Virus record (IMG/VR): IMGVR_UViG_3300032213_003164
Span: 1 to 36,447 of that record
Origin: a virus
Lineage: Duplodnaviria > Caudoviricetes
DNA length: 36,447 nucleotides
Direction: 5' to 3' (one strand)
Below are positions 9,690 to 17,559 of the stretch, in pieces (position 1 is the first letter of the stretch; each line of letters starts with the position of its first letter). A model generated the notes under the pieces. The model was not told where the DNA came from, searched no databases, and worked only from the letters and a program-made list of their open reading frames with translations. Both the position numbers and the translations under genes were made by a program.

Positions 9690-10220
9690 ATGTCTAAATT
9701 AACAGAGGTAGATAAAAAAATAATAGATGGCGTAATATCATCTATTGATTGGGGTCAAATAGTTAAATTCTATAAGATACTAGACAGAAGAATCGGATAT
9801 GAGCAAGTTAGAATAAAAGGCATAGAAAGAAGTTCTAAAATAACAATAGATTCTGCAAAAGAAGAATTGTACAAGGTTTTAGAATATGTTATTGAAGGGG
9901 ATCTTCCCGAAATGTCATATGGACCTTGGGCAATTATTTGGGTTAATGGAGAATGGGAAATTATAGAGAGCATACAGGTGAACGAAGACGAACCTGCTGA
10001 AGAAATTCAAATCCCTATTATGGAATCTAAACTTCAGGTTCATTTTGTACCACAGAGTGTAACAATGAAAGAAGAAGTTGATTTTCCCCAAGAATTTTTT
10101 CAGATGGACGATATGATAGTTTTAGAAGGCAGACTTAAAGAATGTGTTGAAGAAGAAGATTATGTACTAGCTGGAAAGATAAGAGATGTTCTTGATGAAC
10201 TTAATAAAAGAAAAAAATGA
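9690..10220 (+). CDS. Hypothetical protein with C-terminal UvrB/UvrC (UVR) interaction motif
   Basis: LKECVEEEDYVLAGKIRDVL matches the UVR consensus (A/V-x-x-E-D/E-Y-x-x-A-x-x-I-R-D). Confidence 0.6.
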   Translation: MSKLTEVDKKIIDGVISSIDWGQIVKFYKILDRRIGYEQVRIKGIERSSKITIDSAKEELYKVLEYVIEGDLPEMSYGPWAIIWVNGEWEIIESIQVNEDEPAEEIQIPIMESKLQVHFVPQSVTMKEEVDFPQEFFQMDDMIVLEGRLKECVEEEDYVLAGKIRDVLDELNKRKK

Positions 10221-11140
10221 GCATTAAAAAATTAAACGAGCAATTTGCTCAGACATTTAGTGGTGATGGATTTAATAGCTCTAATGGAGTTTTTAAAGTT
10301 AAATACAAGGCTTTTGATGATTTATCAAAGGCTAAAGGAAGAGAGATAAATCCATACGATCACATTCAGGGTGAAGAGTACCAAATAGGAGATATAGTTT
10401 TAGCAAGATTGAGTGGAAATACCAAAAAGAAGCGAATAAAAGCTGAGGTTATATCCTCAACAAGAACGGAAGATGGCAAGGGCACTGAATTTAAAGTAAG
10501 AAGCCTTGCTTCTAAAAAAATCTACACAGTTCCTTCGTATGCAATTGAATTTTATGACGACAGAGGACATATAGAAAGAAGCAGAACTGGCGGTAGTACT
10601 ATTAGCAATAAAGAAAAATTCTTAAACTCTTTAAAGTATAATAATGGTAATTTTATTTGGGGATCAATGGAATCTAAAACAAACGATATGAGAAATGATA
10701 TGCTATTAAAAGAAGGGGATTCTGTTTCAGAAAGACCTAGTATTATAGACCCTTCTATAAATGTTATATTGATAGACACTAATCATCCTGATTATGATCT
10801 TCACATAGAAAATTTCAAAAAATTGGGTGGCATTTATACTATACCAGAAAATAAAAGTATTTATATTCATAAAGAAGATCCTAATTTTTCTAAATTCAAC
10901 GATAGTCATTTAACTGTTATAGAGGCAGTTGAAATTGCAAAGATGCTATCTAAAGAATCATCGGTTGATGAAAAATATAGCGACGTTCTTGCAGCACAGA
11001 TTCTTAGAAACAAAGGACACAAGGATGCATATAAGATTATAGCTTCCAATTTTTTAAAGAAGCATGGTATTTCCTATGGGGAGGCGGTTGATGAATTTGC
11101 CCCCTCAATGAAGAACCATCTACCAGAAAGAGAAATGTAA
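10217..11140 (+). CDS. Hypothetical protein, possible virion-internal protein with SH3/KOW-like segment
   Basis: ATGA overlap; N-terminus MSIKKLNE; YQIGDIVLAR...AEVIS beta-barrel-like pattern. Confidence 0.45.
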   Translation: MSIKKLNEQFAQTFSGDGFNSSNGVFKVKYKAFDDLSKAKGREINPYDHIQGEEYQIGDIVLARLSGNTKKKRIKAEVISSTRTEDGKGTEFKVRSLASKKIYTVPSYAIEFYDDRGHIERSRTGGSTISNKEKFLNSLKYNNGNFIWGSMESKTNDMRNDMLLKEGDSVSERPSIIDPSINVILIDTNHPDYDLHIENFKKLGGIYTIPENKSIYIHKEDPNFSKFNDSHLTVIEAVEIAKMLSKESSVDEKYSDVLAAQILRNKGHKDAYKIIASNFLKKHGISYGEAVDEFAPSMKNHLPEREM

Positions 11141-11844
11141 TGTCCATAGATAGAATAAGAAGAATCCCATTCCCTGAAAATATCAAGAATAATAATCCCC
11201 ATGTTATTGAACCCGAAAAATTCAAAAACAGAGATATTGGGGAGTACAGAAATTTCATCAATAAGCATTCCCAAGAATCATTTATAGTTTGTGCATGCGG
11301 GGTTTCCCTGAATGATTATAGCGATTTTGACAATCATATAACTATCGGGGTAAATGATGCAGGTAAAAAAGTTTGGTGCAAGTATCTGGTTGTGGTTAAC
11401 GAACCAAGCACTTTTAAATTTAAAAGATGGCCAGATGTACAAAGCAATAACTCTGAATTTGTTTTTACTCACTTAAAAAGTCTGCCAATAGATAATGCAG
11501 CAGGAAGGGTAATAACGGTTAATCTTGGAAAATACGAAGGGATAGATTTAGACAATTACGGATTTATAGATTACACAACCAATTCTCCTTATATGGCTAT
11601 AGTTATAGCATATCAGATGGGAGCTAGAAAAATAGGATTAGTAGGGGTAGACTTCACAATGAATCACTTTTTTGGGGAAACGGGTAAGCACCAAATAATG
11701 AGAGAAATAGAAAGGGTTAAAGAACAATATTCCTCACTAGGCAAGGCATTAATCGAAAAGGGAATCAAGATAGCTAACCTGTCAAAAGACAGCCTTATTG
11801 AGTCATGGCCGAAAATGACCCTCGAGGAATTCGAAACTATATAG
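11140..11844 (+). CDS. DUF115/Maf-like putative glycosyltransferase (CstII-like fold)
   Basis: FIVCACGVSL, ITIGVN, NSPYMAIVIAYQMGARKIGLVGVDF. Confidence 0.65.
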   Translation: MSIDRIRRIPFPENIKNNNPHVIEPEKFKNRDIGEYRNFINKHSQESFIVCACGVSLNDYSDFDNHITIGVNDAGKKVWCKYLVVVNEPSTFKFKRWPDVQSNNSEFVFTHLKSLPIDNAAGRVITVNLGKYEGIDLDNYGFIDYTTNSPYMAIVIAYQMGARKIGLVGVDFTMNHFFGETGKHQIMREIERVKEQYSSLGKALIEKGIKIANLSKDSLIESWPKMTLEEFETI

Positions 11845-11865
11845 GGTTTAAAAATTATAATACTT

Positions 11866-12633
11866 ATGAGTGATCAAAAAACAGGATTATTAATAAGATT
11901 CCCACTAAGCCCCAAGAAAGGAAAAAAATCTTCATATACAGTTTCTTTCTACGAATTTATGGAAAGAAAGATATCGGAGGGAATTAACCTAGGATATAAA
12001 TGTTTTATCTTCGAGGTCTCCGATGATGATTTTGATGTTTTAGATTTTGAAGTACATGGCGACATTAGGCAATCTATAAATTCTTACCTGAGAGAGGGAA
12101 TAAGATTAGCAATCTACATAAAGGTAAAGAAATATTTAACCTCGGATTCAATTGATGAGATTAATGAGGCACACAGCCAGATAACTACATGTCTTAATTT
12201 TGTAAAAAACTTTACCATCTTAGATCCTCAAGAATTCCCTATCATCCTACACGTTGGTGGTGCTAAGGGCGATAGAAGAGGTACAATGGAAGATTTTTGT
12301 AAAAAAGTAGAAAAATTATTTAATCCAGAAGATATTCTAAGTCTTGCTGTTGTTAACGACGAGAAGCCAAGTCTTTTCTCAGTCAAAGATCTTCTTCCTG
12401 GGGTATTCTATAAAATAAGAATTCCTATAGTTTTTAGATCGACGTCATATCCTACCAATCAGGGAAACCTAACTCTTAATGAGTCTTTATTCTTAGCAGC
12501 TTCTACGTGGAAAAGAACTATTAATCCTATTTTTGTTTACCTTCCAGGCAACACCCAAATTAACGGAGATCAAACTAAACCCTTTGGTTTGGAATTAGAT
12601 TTTGTCTTCGATAACAGATTACCAGAACCATAA
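11866..12633 (+). CDS. uvsE: UV-damage endonuclease (UvsE/UVDE) homolog, degenerate active site
   Basis: IILHVGGAKGD, LAVVNDEK..FSVKDL, IPIVF match UVDE blocks; several metal ligands appear absent. Confidence 0.65.
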   Translation: MSDQKTGLLIRFPLSPKKGKKSSYTVSFYEFMERKISEGINLGYKCFIFEVSDDDFDVLDFEVHGDIRQSINSYLREGIRLAIYIKVKKYLTSDSIDEINEAHSQITTCLNFVKNFTILDPQEFPIILHVGGAKGDRRGTMEDFCKKVEKLFNPEDILSLAVVNDEKPSLFSVKDLLPGVFYKIRIPIVFRSTSYPTNQGNLTLNESLFLAASTWKRTINPIFVYLPGNTQINGDQTKPFGLELDFVFDNRLPEP

Positions 12634-12659
12634 CATTTTATTCTCTCGGGGATTTCTAT

Positions 12660-12667
12660 TATATTTG
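12660..12667 (+). promoter_or_regulatory. Bacteroidota-type -7 promoter box (TAnnTTTG) before Nei
   Basis: TATATTTG in the intergenic gap, 15 nt before ATG 12683. Confidence 0.55.
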
Positions 12668-12682
12668 TAAAAATCTTTTGCA

Positions 12683-13504
12683 ATGCCCGAAATCAGCGAA
12701 GTAAGGATTATGTCGGAGTTTATTAACAAGGTTGCACGTGATGTTGATTACTTTATTGGCATATCTAAAAACCCAGAACACAAAAGCAAAACAACTCTAG
12801 TTATTCCCTTTGACCATTTTCAGATTAAAGCATATTCACGAGGAAAGGAATTAATGCTCAGATTTATAAATCTGGATTTTTCATATTCTGACATAACCGA
12901 TCTTAAGCCCCTGGTTTTTACTATGGGAATGAGCGGCAATTGGAATTATTCAAAAACTATGTTTGAAATACCTAAGCACACTCATTTTATGATCATGGGT
13001 TCTGATGGTAGTGTATTAGGTATGAATGATGTTAGAAGATTTGCCCGCTGGGATTGGAGAGGATGGAACGAAGAGAGAGGAAGCGATCCCGTACAGGAGA
13101 CAGAGATTTTTAAAAAAAAGATCTTAGAAAATTTGACGAAGGATAGGGTATTCCAAAAGCCAATCTTTGAAGTCATGATGAATCAGAAATATTTTAATGG
13201 CATTGGTAATTATCTAAGAGCTGAAATTCTAGGTAGAATAGATTTAGATCCAAGACTATCTGCTGGGGATTATATCACTAGAGCTGGAGATAAATTTTTT
13301 AATATGACAGAAAAAATAATTGTTGAATCATATGAACTTGGTGGAGGACAATTTAAAGACTGGTATAATCAAGCAGATCTAGAAAAAAAGAAAAGTAAAG
13401 AATTCCAGGCATGGATGCAATTTTATTTTAATAAAGATGCATGCGTTCCTATTAAAGATAAAAACGATCGTAATTTTTGGATCGATAAAAAATGGCTAAT
13501 ATGA
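12683..13504 (+). CDS. nei: Fpg/Nei family DNA glycosylase/AP lyase (zinc-finger-less, NEIL1-like)
   Basis: N-terminal MPE, RGKEL, MGMSG, DVRRF, H2TH MNQKYFNGIGNYLRAEIL; no CxxC pairs at the C-terminus. Confidence 0.9.
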   Translation: MPEISEVRIMSEFINKVARDVDYFIGISKNPEHKSKTTLVIPFDHFQIKAYSRGKELMLRFINLDFSYSDITDLKPLVFTMGMSGNWNYSKTMFEIPKHTHFMIMGSDGSVLGMNDVRRFARWDWRGWNEERGSDPVQETEIFKKKILENLTKDRVFQKPIFEVMMNQKYFNGIGNYLRAEILGRIDLDPRLSAGDYITRAGDKFFNMTEKIIVESYELGGGQFKDWYNQADLEKKKSKEFQAWMQFYFNKDACVPIKDKNDRNFWIDKKWLI

Positions 13505-14196
13505 TAAGCAAGGACACACTTAAGAAGATTCTATATTTCGATATAGAAACCGCAGGAATCAGTGAAACGTTTTCTGATCTAAAAAATTCAGATCCCAGAC
13601 TTGCAAAGATTTGGGAAAAAAGATGTGTCTGGCTAAGAAAGAATTCAGGGGATGAATATAAAGAAGCAACAGAGGATCAATTGTGGGAAGACAAATCTTC
13701 ATTGCATCCAGAATTTGCTAAAGTTGTTTGTATTAGCTTTGGCGCATATAATGGGGATGATATTAAAATCCAATCGGTTATAGGCGAAGAAAGTGAGATT
13801 CTTATTAATTCTAATAAGATATTTAATAATGCAGTGGCTAAAGGCTGGAAGCTTGGAGGACATACAATTAAGAATTTTGACATTCCTTTTGTCGGAAAAA
13901 GAATGATTATTAATCGAATAGATCCATCTCCTCTAATTGGCCAACTAAATAGAAAACCTTGGGATTCCCCAGTTATTGATATCTCTGAGATTTTTGCATT
14001 TGGTGGATATGGGCAAACCCACTCTTCTTTAGATCTTATGTGCTCTGTCTTTGGTCACGAGTCACCGAAGGATGAAATGGACGGATCCCTTGTCCATCCA
14101 TATTTTTACTCTGGAAGAATAGAGGAAATTAAGAAATACTGTGAAATGGACGTTAAGTATTTAATGAAGTGCTACGAATCATTCTCTTTTGATTAG
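13492..14196 (+). CDS. Stand-alone DEDDy 3'-5' exonuclease (PolB-exo-like)
   Basis: ExoI FDIET, ExoII GHTIKNFDIPF, ExoIII YCEMDV. Confidence 0.85.
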   Translation: MANMISKDTLKKILYFDIETAGISETFSDLKNSDPRLAKIWEKRCVWLRKNSGDEYKEATEDQLWEDKSSLHPEFAKVVCISFGAYNGDDIKIQSVIGEESEILINSNKIFNNAVAKGWKLGGHTIKNFDIPFVGKRMIINRIDPSPLIGQLNRKPWDSPVIDISEIFAFGGYGQTHSSLDLMCSVFGHESPKDEMDGSLVHPYFYSGRIEEIKKYCEMDVKYLMKCYESFSFD

Positions 14197-14212
14197 CCAC
14201 ATAAACTTAATG

Positions 14213-14220
14213 GATATATA
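14213..14220 (+). promoter_or_regulatory. Putative late promoter GATATATA
   Basis: Intergenic, 15 nt upstream of GTG 14236. Confidence 0.7.
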
Positions 14221-14235
14221 CAATAAAATATCCGG

Positions 14236-14982
14236 GTGGGCAATCGTATCAAAAATTTTAAACAGTGGATTTTAAATGAAGGTGAATTCTATCAGAATGA
14301 GCTTAATACCCATTTTTGGTCCAATTCGGAGTTTGATCCATCTATCAGAGAGAAGCTACTTCAGATAGCTAATGAATTTTATCAAACATTCAAATTAGAG
14401 ATACCAATCTCTGATATTCAATTAACCGGATCTTTAGCTAATTATAACTGGACACTTAAGTCAGATCTTGATGTTCACGTTTTAATAGATTTTTCTAAGC
14501 TTAACCCTGATATTGCTTTAGTTAAAAAGGGGATAGACGGACAAAGATTTATTTGGAATCTTAGACATAATATAGTTATGAGAGGGCATGATGTTGAATT
14601 ATATCTACAAGATATAAATGAACCCCATGTTGCTTCTGGCTTATTTTCGCTTTTAAACAATGAATGGATAAGAATTCCCAAGTATAATCCACCTCAGATA
14701 GACGAGATGGATGTTCAAAAAAAATTCGAAGGTATAGTCAATGATATAGATCAATTAGAAGCTAGTCTTCAAAGTGGAAGCCAAGATATCTCTCCAAGAG
14801 AGCTTTATGACCACTCAGAAAAAGTTAAATCTAGGATCATGAAAATGAGAAAAGATGGACTTGCAGAGAGGGGAGAATTCTCCGTAGAGAATTTAGTGTT
14901 TAAAAAGCTCAGAAACGAAGGATATATACAGAATCTTATCGACCTAATATCTAGGTCATATGAGAAAATTTATAACGAATAA
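14236..14982 (+). CDS. Pol-beta superfamily nucleotidyltransferase
   Basis: LTGSLANYNW...SDLDVH (GS...DxD) plus a third acidic residue in DVELY; GTG start. Confidence 0.8.
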   Translation: MGNRIKNFKQWILNEGEFYQNELNTHFWSNSEFDPSIREKLLQIANEFYQTFKLEIPISDIQLTGSLANYNWTLKSDLDVHVLIDFSKLNPDIALVKKGIDGQRFIWNLRHNIVMRGHDVELYLQDINEPHVASGLFSLLNNEWIRIPKYNPPQIDEMDVQKKFEGIVNDIDQLEASLQSGSQDISPRELYDHSEKVKSRIMKMRKDGLAERGEFSVENLVFKKLRNEGYIQNLIDLISRSYEKIYNE

Positions 14983-14993
14983 AAACTAAAAAG

Positions 14994-17528
14994 ATGTCAG
15001 GAATTTACAAAGGGTATAATCCTATTTTCGAATCAATGAAGCAAGAGCTTTTTGAGGAAGAGACTAAAATAGACACAGATTCACTTATTAGAGCAATCTA
15101 CGATACGTTTATTAACCTAATAGTTAATGGAACAGACGAGGCAGTTAAAACTCCTGATGGATTTAAAGCATACATGGAGAAGGCCTTACAAGCAAGCTCA
15201 TTAAATGGTATTCAGGCTGAATTTGAAAAAAGAATAGATTTAATGGCTGCTACTGATAAAAGTCAAGCAGAGGCATTAAACCAATCTAGATCTTACGTTG
15301 GACAATTATTCTCAACATTAAAATCTGCAGTAGGTGAAGATTCTAAAGGATTACAAAAGGTTATAGATAAAATGACCTCTTTAATGGGATCTACTATTTC
15401 TAGTTTTCAATCTGTTGAAGTTGAACTACAAAAGAACGAAAGCTTAATTACTAGATACCTAGCAGAAGATAATGAAAAGCTAACTGGCGAAGAGGGTGAT
15501 TCAGAAGATGGCTTAGCAGATAAGTGGTATACCCAATTATCTAAGAACCTTCTAGATAGTGCAACATCATTCAAAGGCGAAACAGCATCTGCAATGGCTA
15601 GCAAAAACCTAGCTGGTAATTCCGAAGTTCAAAGTTTCTCCCAATCTTCTCAACAGTATTTAGAGCAAGCAAAGCAATTATCAATATCAGGAGGTAGAAG
15701 AGGATTATTCCAAACAGGAAAACTCCAAACAGCTTCAGGCCCTATGAAAGCTAAAGATTATAGAGTGAAGGCTCAGAGTCTTGTTAATGAGATAATCAGA
15801 CAAAGAGAAGAATTTAGAAAATTAAATTACAAGCTATCTAATATCCCTGCACCAACAAATCCGATCGTGGTTTGTCCAACAGGTATGACATTCGATACCG
15901 CAAAAAATGCTTGCGTTTTTGTTAATGTTCCCGTGGTTAATACAGGCGGTGGTACAAGACCTCCGAGACCTAATCCAACACCAAACCCAACACCAAACCC
16001 GGTTAAAACTAATTGTTCTTTCCCGGTTGCTGTAGGAGCATCTAAATGTTCAGAGGTTGCATCGCTTCAAGGTAAATTGATTAGCATGGGATCTTGCATT
16101 GCTGATATATTAAATGCAGCAGGTGGAGCAGATGGAAGATATGGTAAGGTAACTGCTAAATTAGCAAATATAGCATATGCTTACATGTCTAAATCAAATT
16201 CTTTTAATGCATCTGGAGAATTAACCAAAACGATGTACGATACTATAATGGCTGGGGGTCAACCAACATTCCAAACAGTAGACGCACAGCAAAAAGAATC
16301 TTTAAATGTTTCTAAAGTTTTAGAAAGTAAAATGTTCGAAAAAGAGCATAAAGCAGGAACACCAGTTTTATCGTTCGGAGATTTTTCTAAAGTCTTAACA
16401 GAAGCTTCATATTTAAGCGAGGACGTGGCTTCATCAGGAAGCTTAGCATCTTGTATATGTTCAACATATCAATCTGGAAATATAGATACAAATTGTTTCT
16501 CAATAGTTCCAGTTCCAGTTCCAAATCCTACAGGGGGAACAGGAGCGACGGGGGGAACAGGTAGTGAACCACCAGTTCCAACCAGAGACGATTGGCAAGG
16601 ACTTAAATATGTTAATACAGGATCATATCCAATTTCATTCGACGAGAGTCTTTTAAGTTTCTGGACTAAAGAAATAATAATAACTGCTTTAACGTGGTGG
16701 GCACCAGGAGGTAAATATGTACTGAAAGCTGGATCTACTGCTGTTAAATCGTTAGGGATTAAAACAGCCGGTAGAATTGGATTGACTAAGTTAGCTACAA
16801 AAATAGCAACTACAGCATCATCCAAAGTTGCTACAATAGGAGCACAAAAAGTAGCCACTAAATTGGCTACTGTCTCTGCAGGATATTTTGCTAGATATGG
16901 AGCAATACCCATTGCTAAAAGAGCAGCAGGAGGTCTTATTGGAGGAACACTTGGAGCATCAGCTTTAGAGTTCTTATCAGGAAGAGACACATTTGTTATT
17001 ACTACAATAGAAGGATTTATAGAAAGAAATTTGATAATGGGTGCATCTAAAGGATTAGTTAATACATTAGATGGATATGTTAGCGACGATGATTGGGCAT
17101 CAATCACTCAAATGTTAGCTATAGTTAAAGGAGGATGGACAGTCAACGAAGAGGATAAGCCAGTATCAGCATGGAGCGAACTTAAAAGATTCTATATAGA
17201 ATCCGAAGGTGAAGATCTAATAGAAGACATAAAGAGCGTTAGAGCTAAGATGGGTGATGTTGAAGGATATCCTAACGTTAAATCGCTTTCACCTCTTTCA
17301 AGCCTATCTGATCTTGACTGGGATTTAGCAAAAGCTGAGACTAATAGATTTGTTGATGCACTTGAAAGAAATGAAAGTAAGTTAGCAGAAAATCTTGCTA
17401 AATTGCCTCAAAAATACGTTCAAGCACACGTAGAAGGTAATTACGTAGAAATCGACGAGGAAGGAGAAGGCACTCCGCTTAATGGAGATAAAGCTCCTGA
17501 AGAGAAATCAGTAAACAAAACCCTGTAA
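14994..17528 (+). CDS. Large putative virion-internal/ejection protein (PG-binding-like domain, hydrophobic Gly-zipper segment, annexin-like C-terminal region)
   Basis: EVASLQGKL...GADGRYGKVT; Pro-rich linkers; AAGGLIGGTLGASAL; Y....GEDLIEDIKS; directly upstream of the protease and capsid genes. Confidence 0.5.
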   Translation: MSGIYKGYNPIFESMKQELFEEETKIDTDSLIRAIYDTFINLIVNGTDEAVKTPDGFKAYMEKALQASSLNGIQAEFEKRIDLMAATDKSQAEALNQSRSYVGQLFSTLKSAVGEDSKGLQKVIDKMTSLMGSTISSFQSVEVELQKNESLITRYLAEDNEKLTGEEGDSEDGLADKWYTQLSKNLLDSATSFKGETASAMASKNLAGNSEVQSFSQSSQQYLEQAKQLSISGGRRGLFQTGKLQTASGPMKAKDYRVKAQSLVNEIIRQREEFRKLNYKLSNIPAPTNPIVVCPTGMTFDTAKNACVFVNVPVVNTGGGTRPPRPNPTPNPTPNPVKTNCSFPVAVGASKCSEVASLQGKLISMGSCIADILNAAGGADGRYGKVTAKLANIAYAYMSKSNSFNASGELTKTMYDTIMAGGQPTFQTVDAQQKESLNVSKVLESKMFEKEHKAGTPVLSFGDFSKVLTEASYLSEDVASSGSLASCICSTYQSGNIDTNCFSIVPVPVPNPTGGTGATGGTGSEPPVPTRDDWQGLKYVNTGSYPISFDESLLSFWTKEIIITALTWWAPGGKYVLKAGSTAVKSLGIKTAGRIGLTKLATKIATTASSKVATIGAQKVATKLATVSAGYFARYGAIPIAKRAAGGLIGGTLGASALEFLSGRDTFVITTIEGFIERNLIMGASKGLVNTLDGYVSDDDWASITQMLAIVKGGWTVNEEDKPVSAWSELKRFYIESEGEDLIEDIKSVRAKMGDVEGYPNVKSLSPLSSLSDLDWDLAKAETNRFVDALERNESKLAENLAKLPQKYVQAHVEGNYVEIDEEGEGTPLNGDKAPEEKSVNKTL

Positions 17529-17532
17529 TTGG

Positions 17533-17540
17533 GATATATA
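17533..17540 (+). promoter_or_regulatory. Putative late promoter GATATATA for the protease-capsid operon
   Basis: Intergenic, 19 nt upstream of ATG 17560. Confidence 0.75.
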
Positions 17541-17559
17541 GTAAAATAAATAAAATAGA

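Noticed and set aside
15958-16001. PNPTPNPTPNP and similar Pro/Gly-rich repeats (also 16505-16580, 25115-25170)
   Set aside because: Ordinary interdomain linkers.
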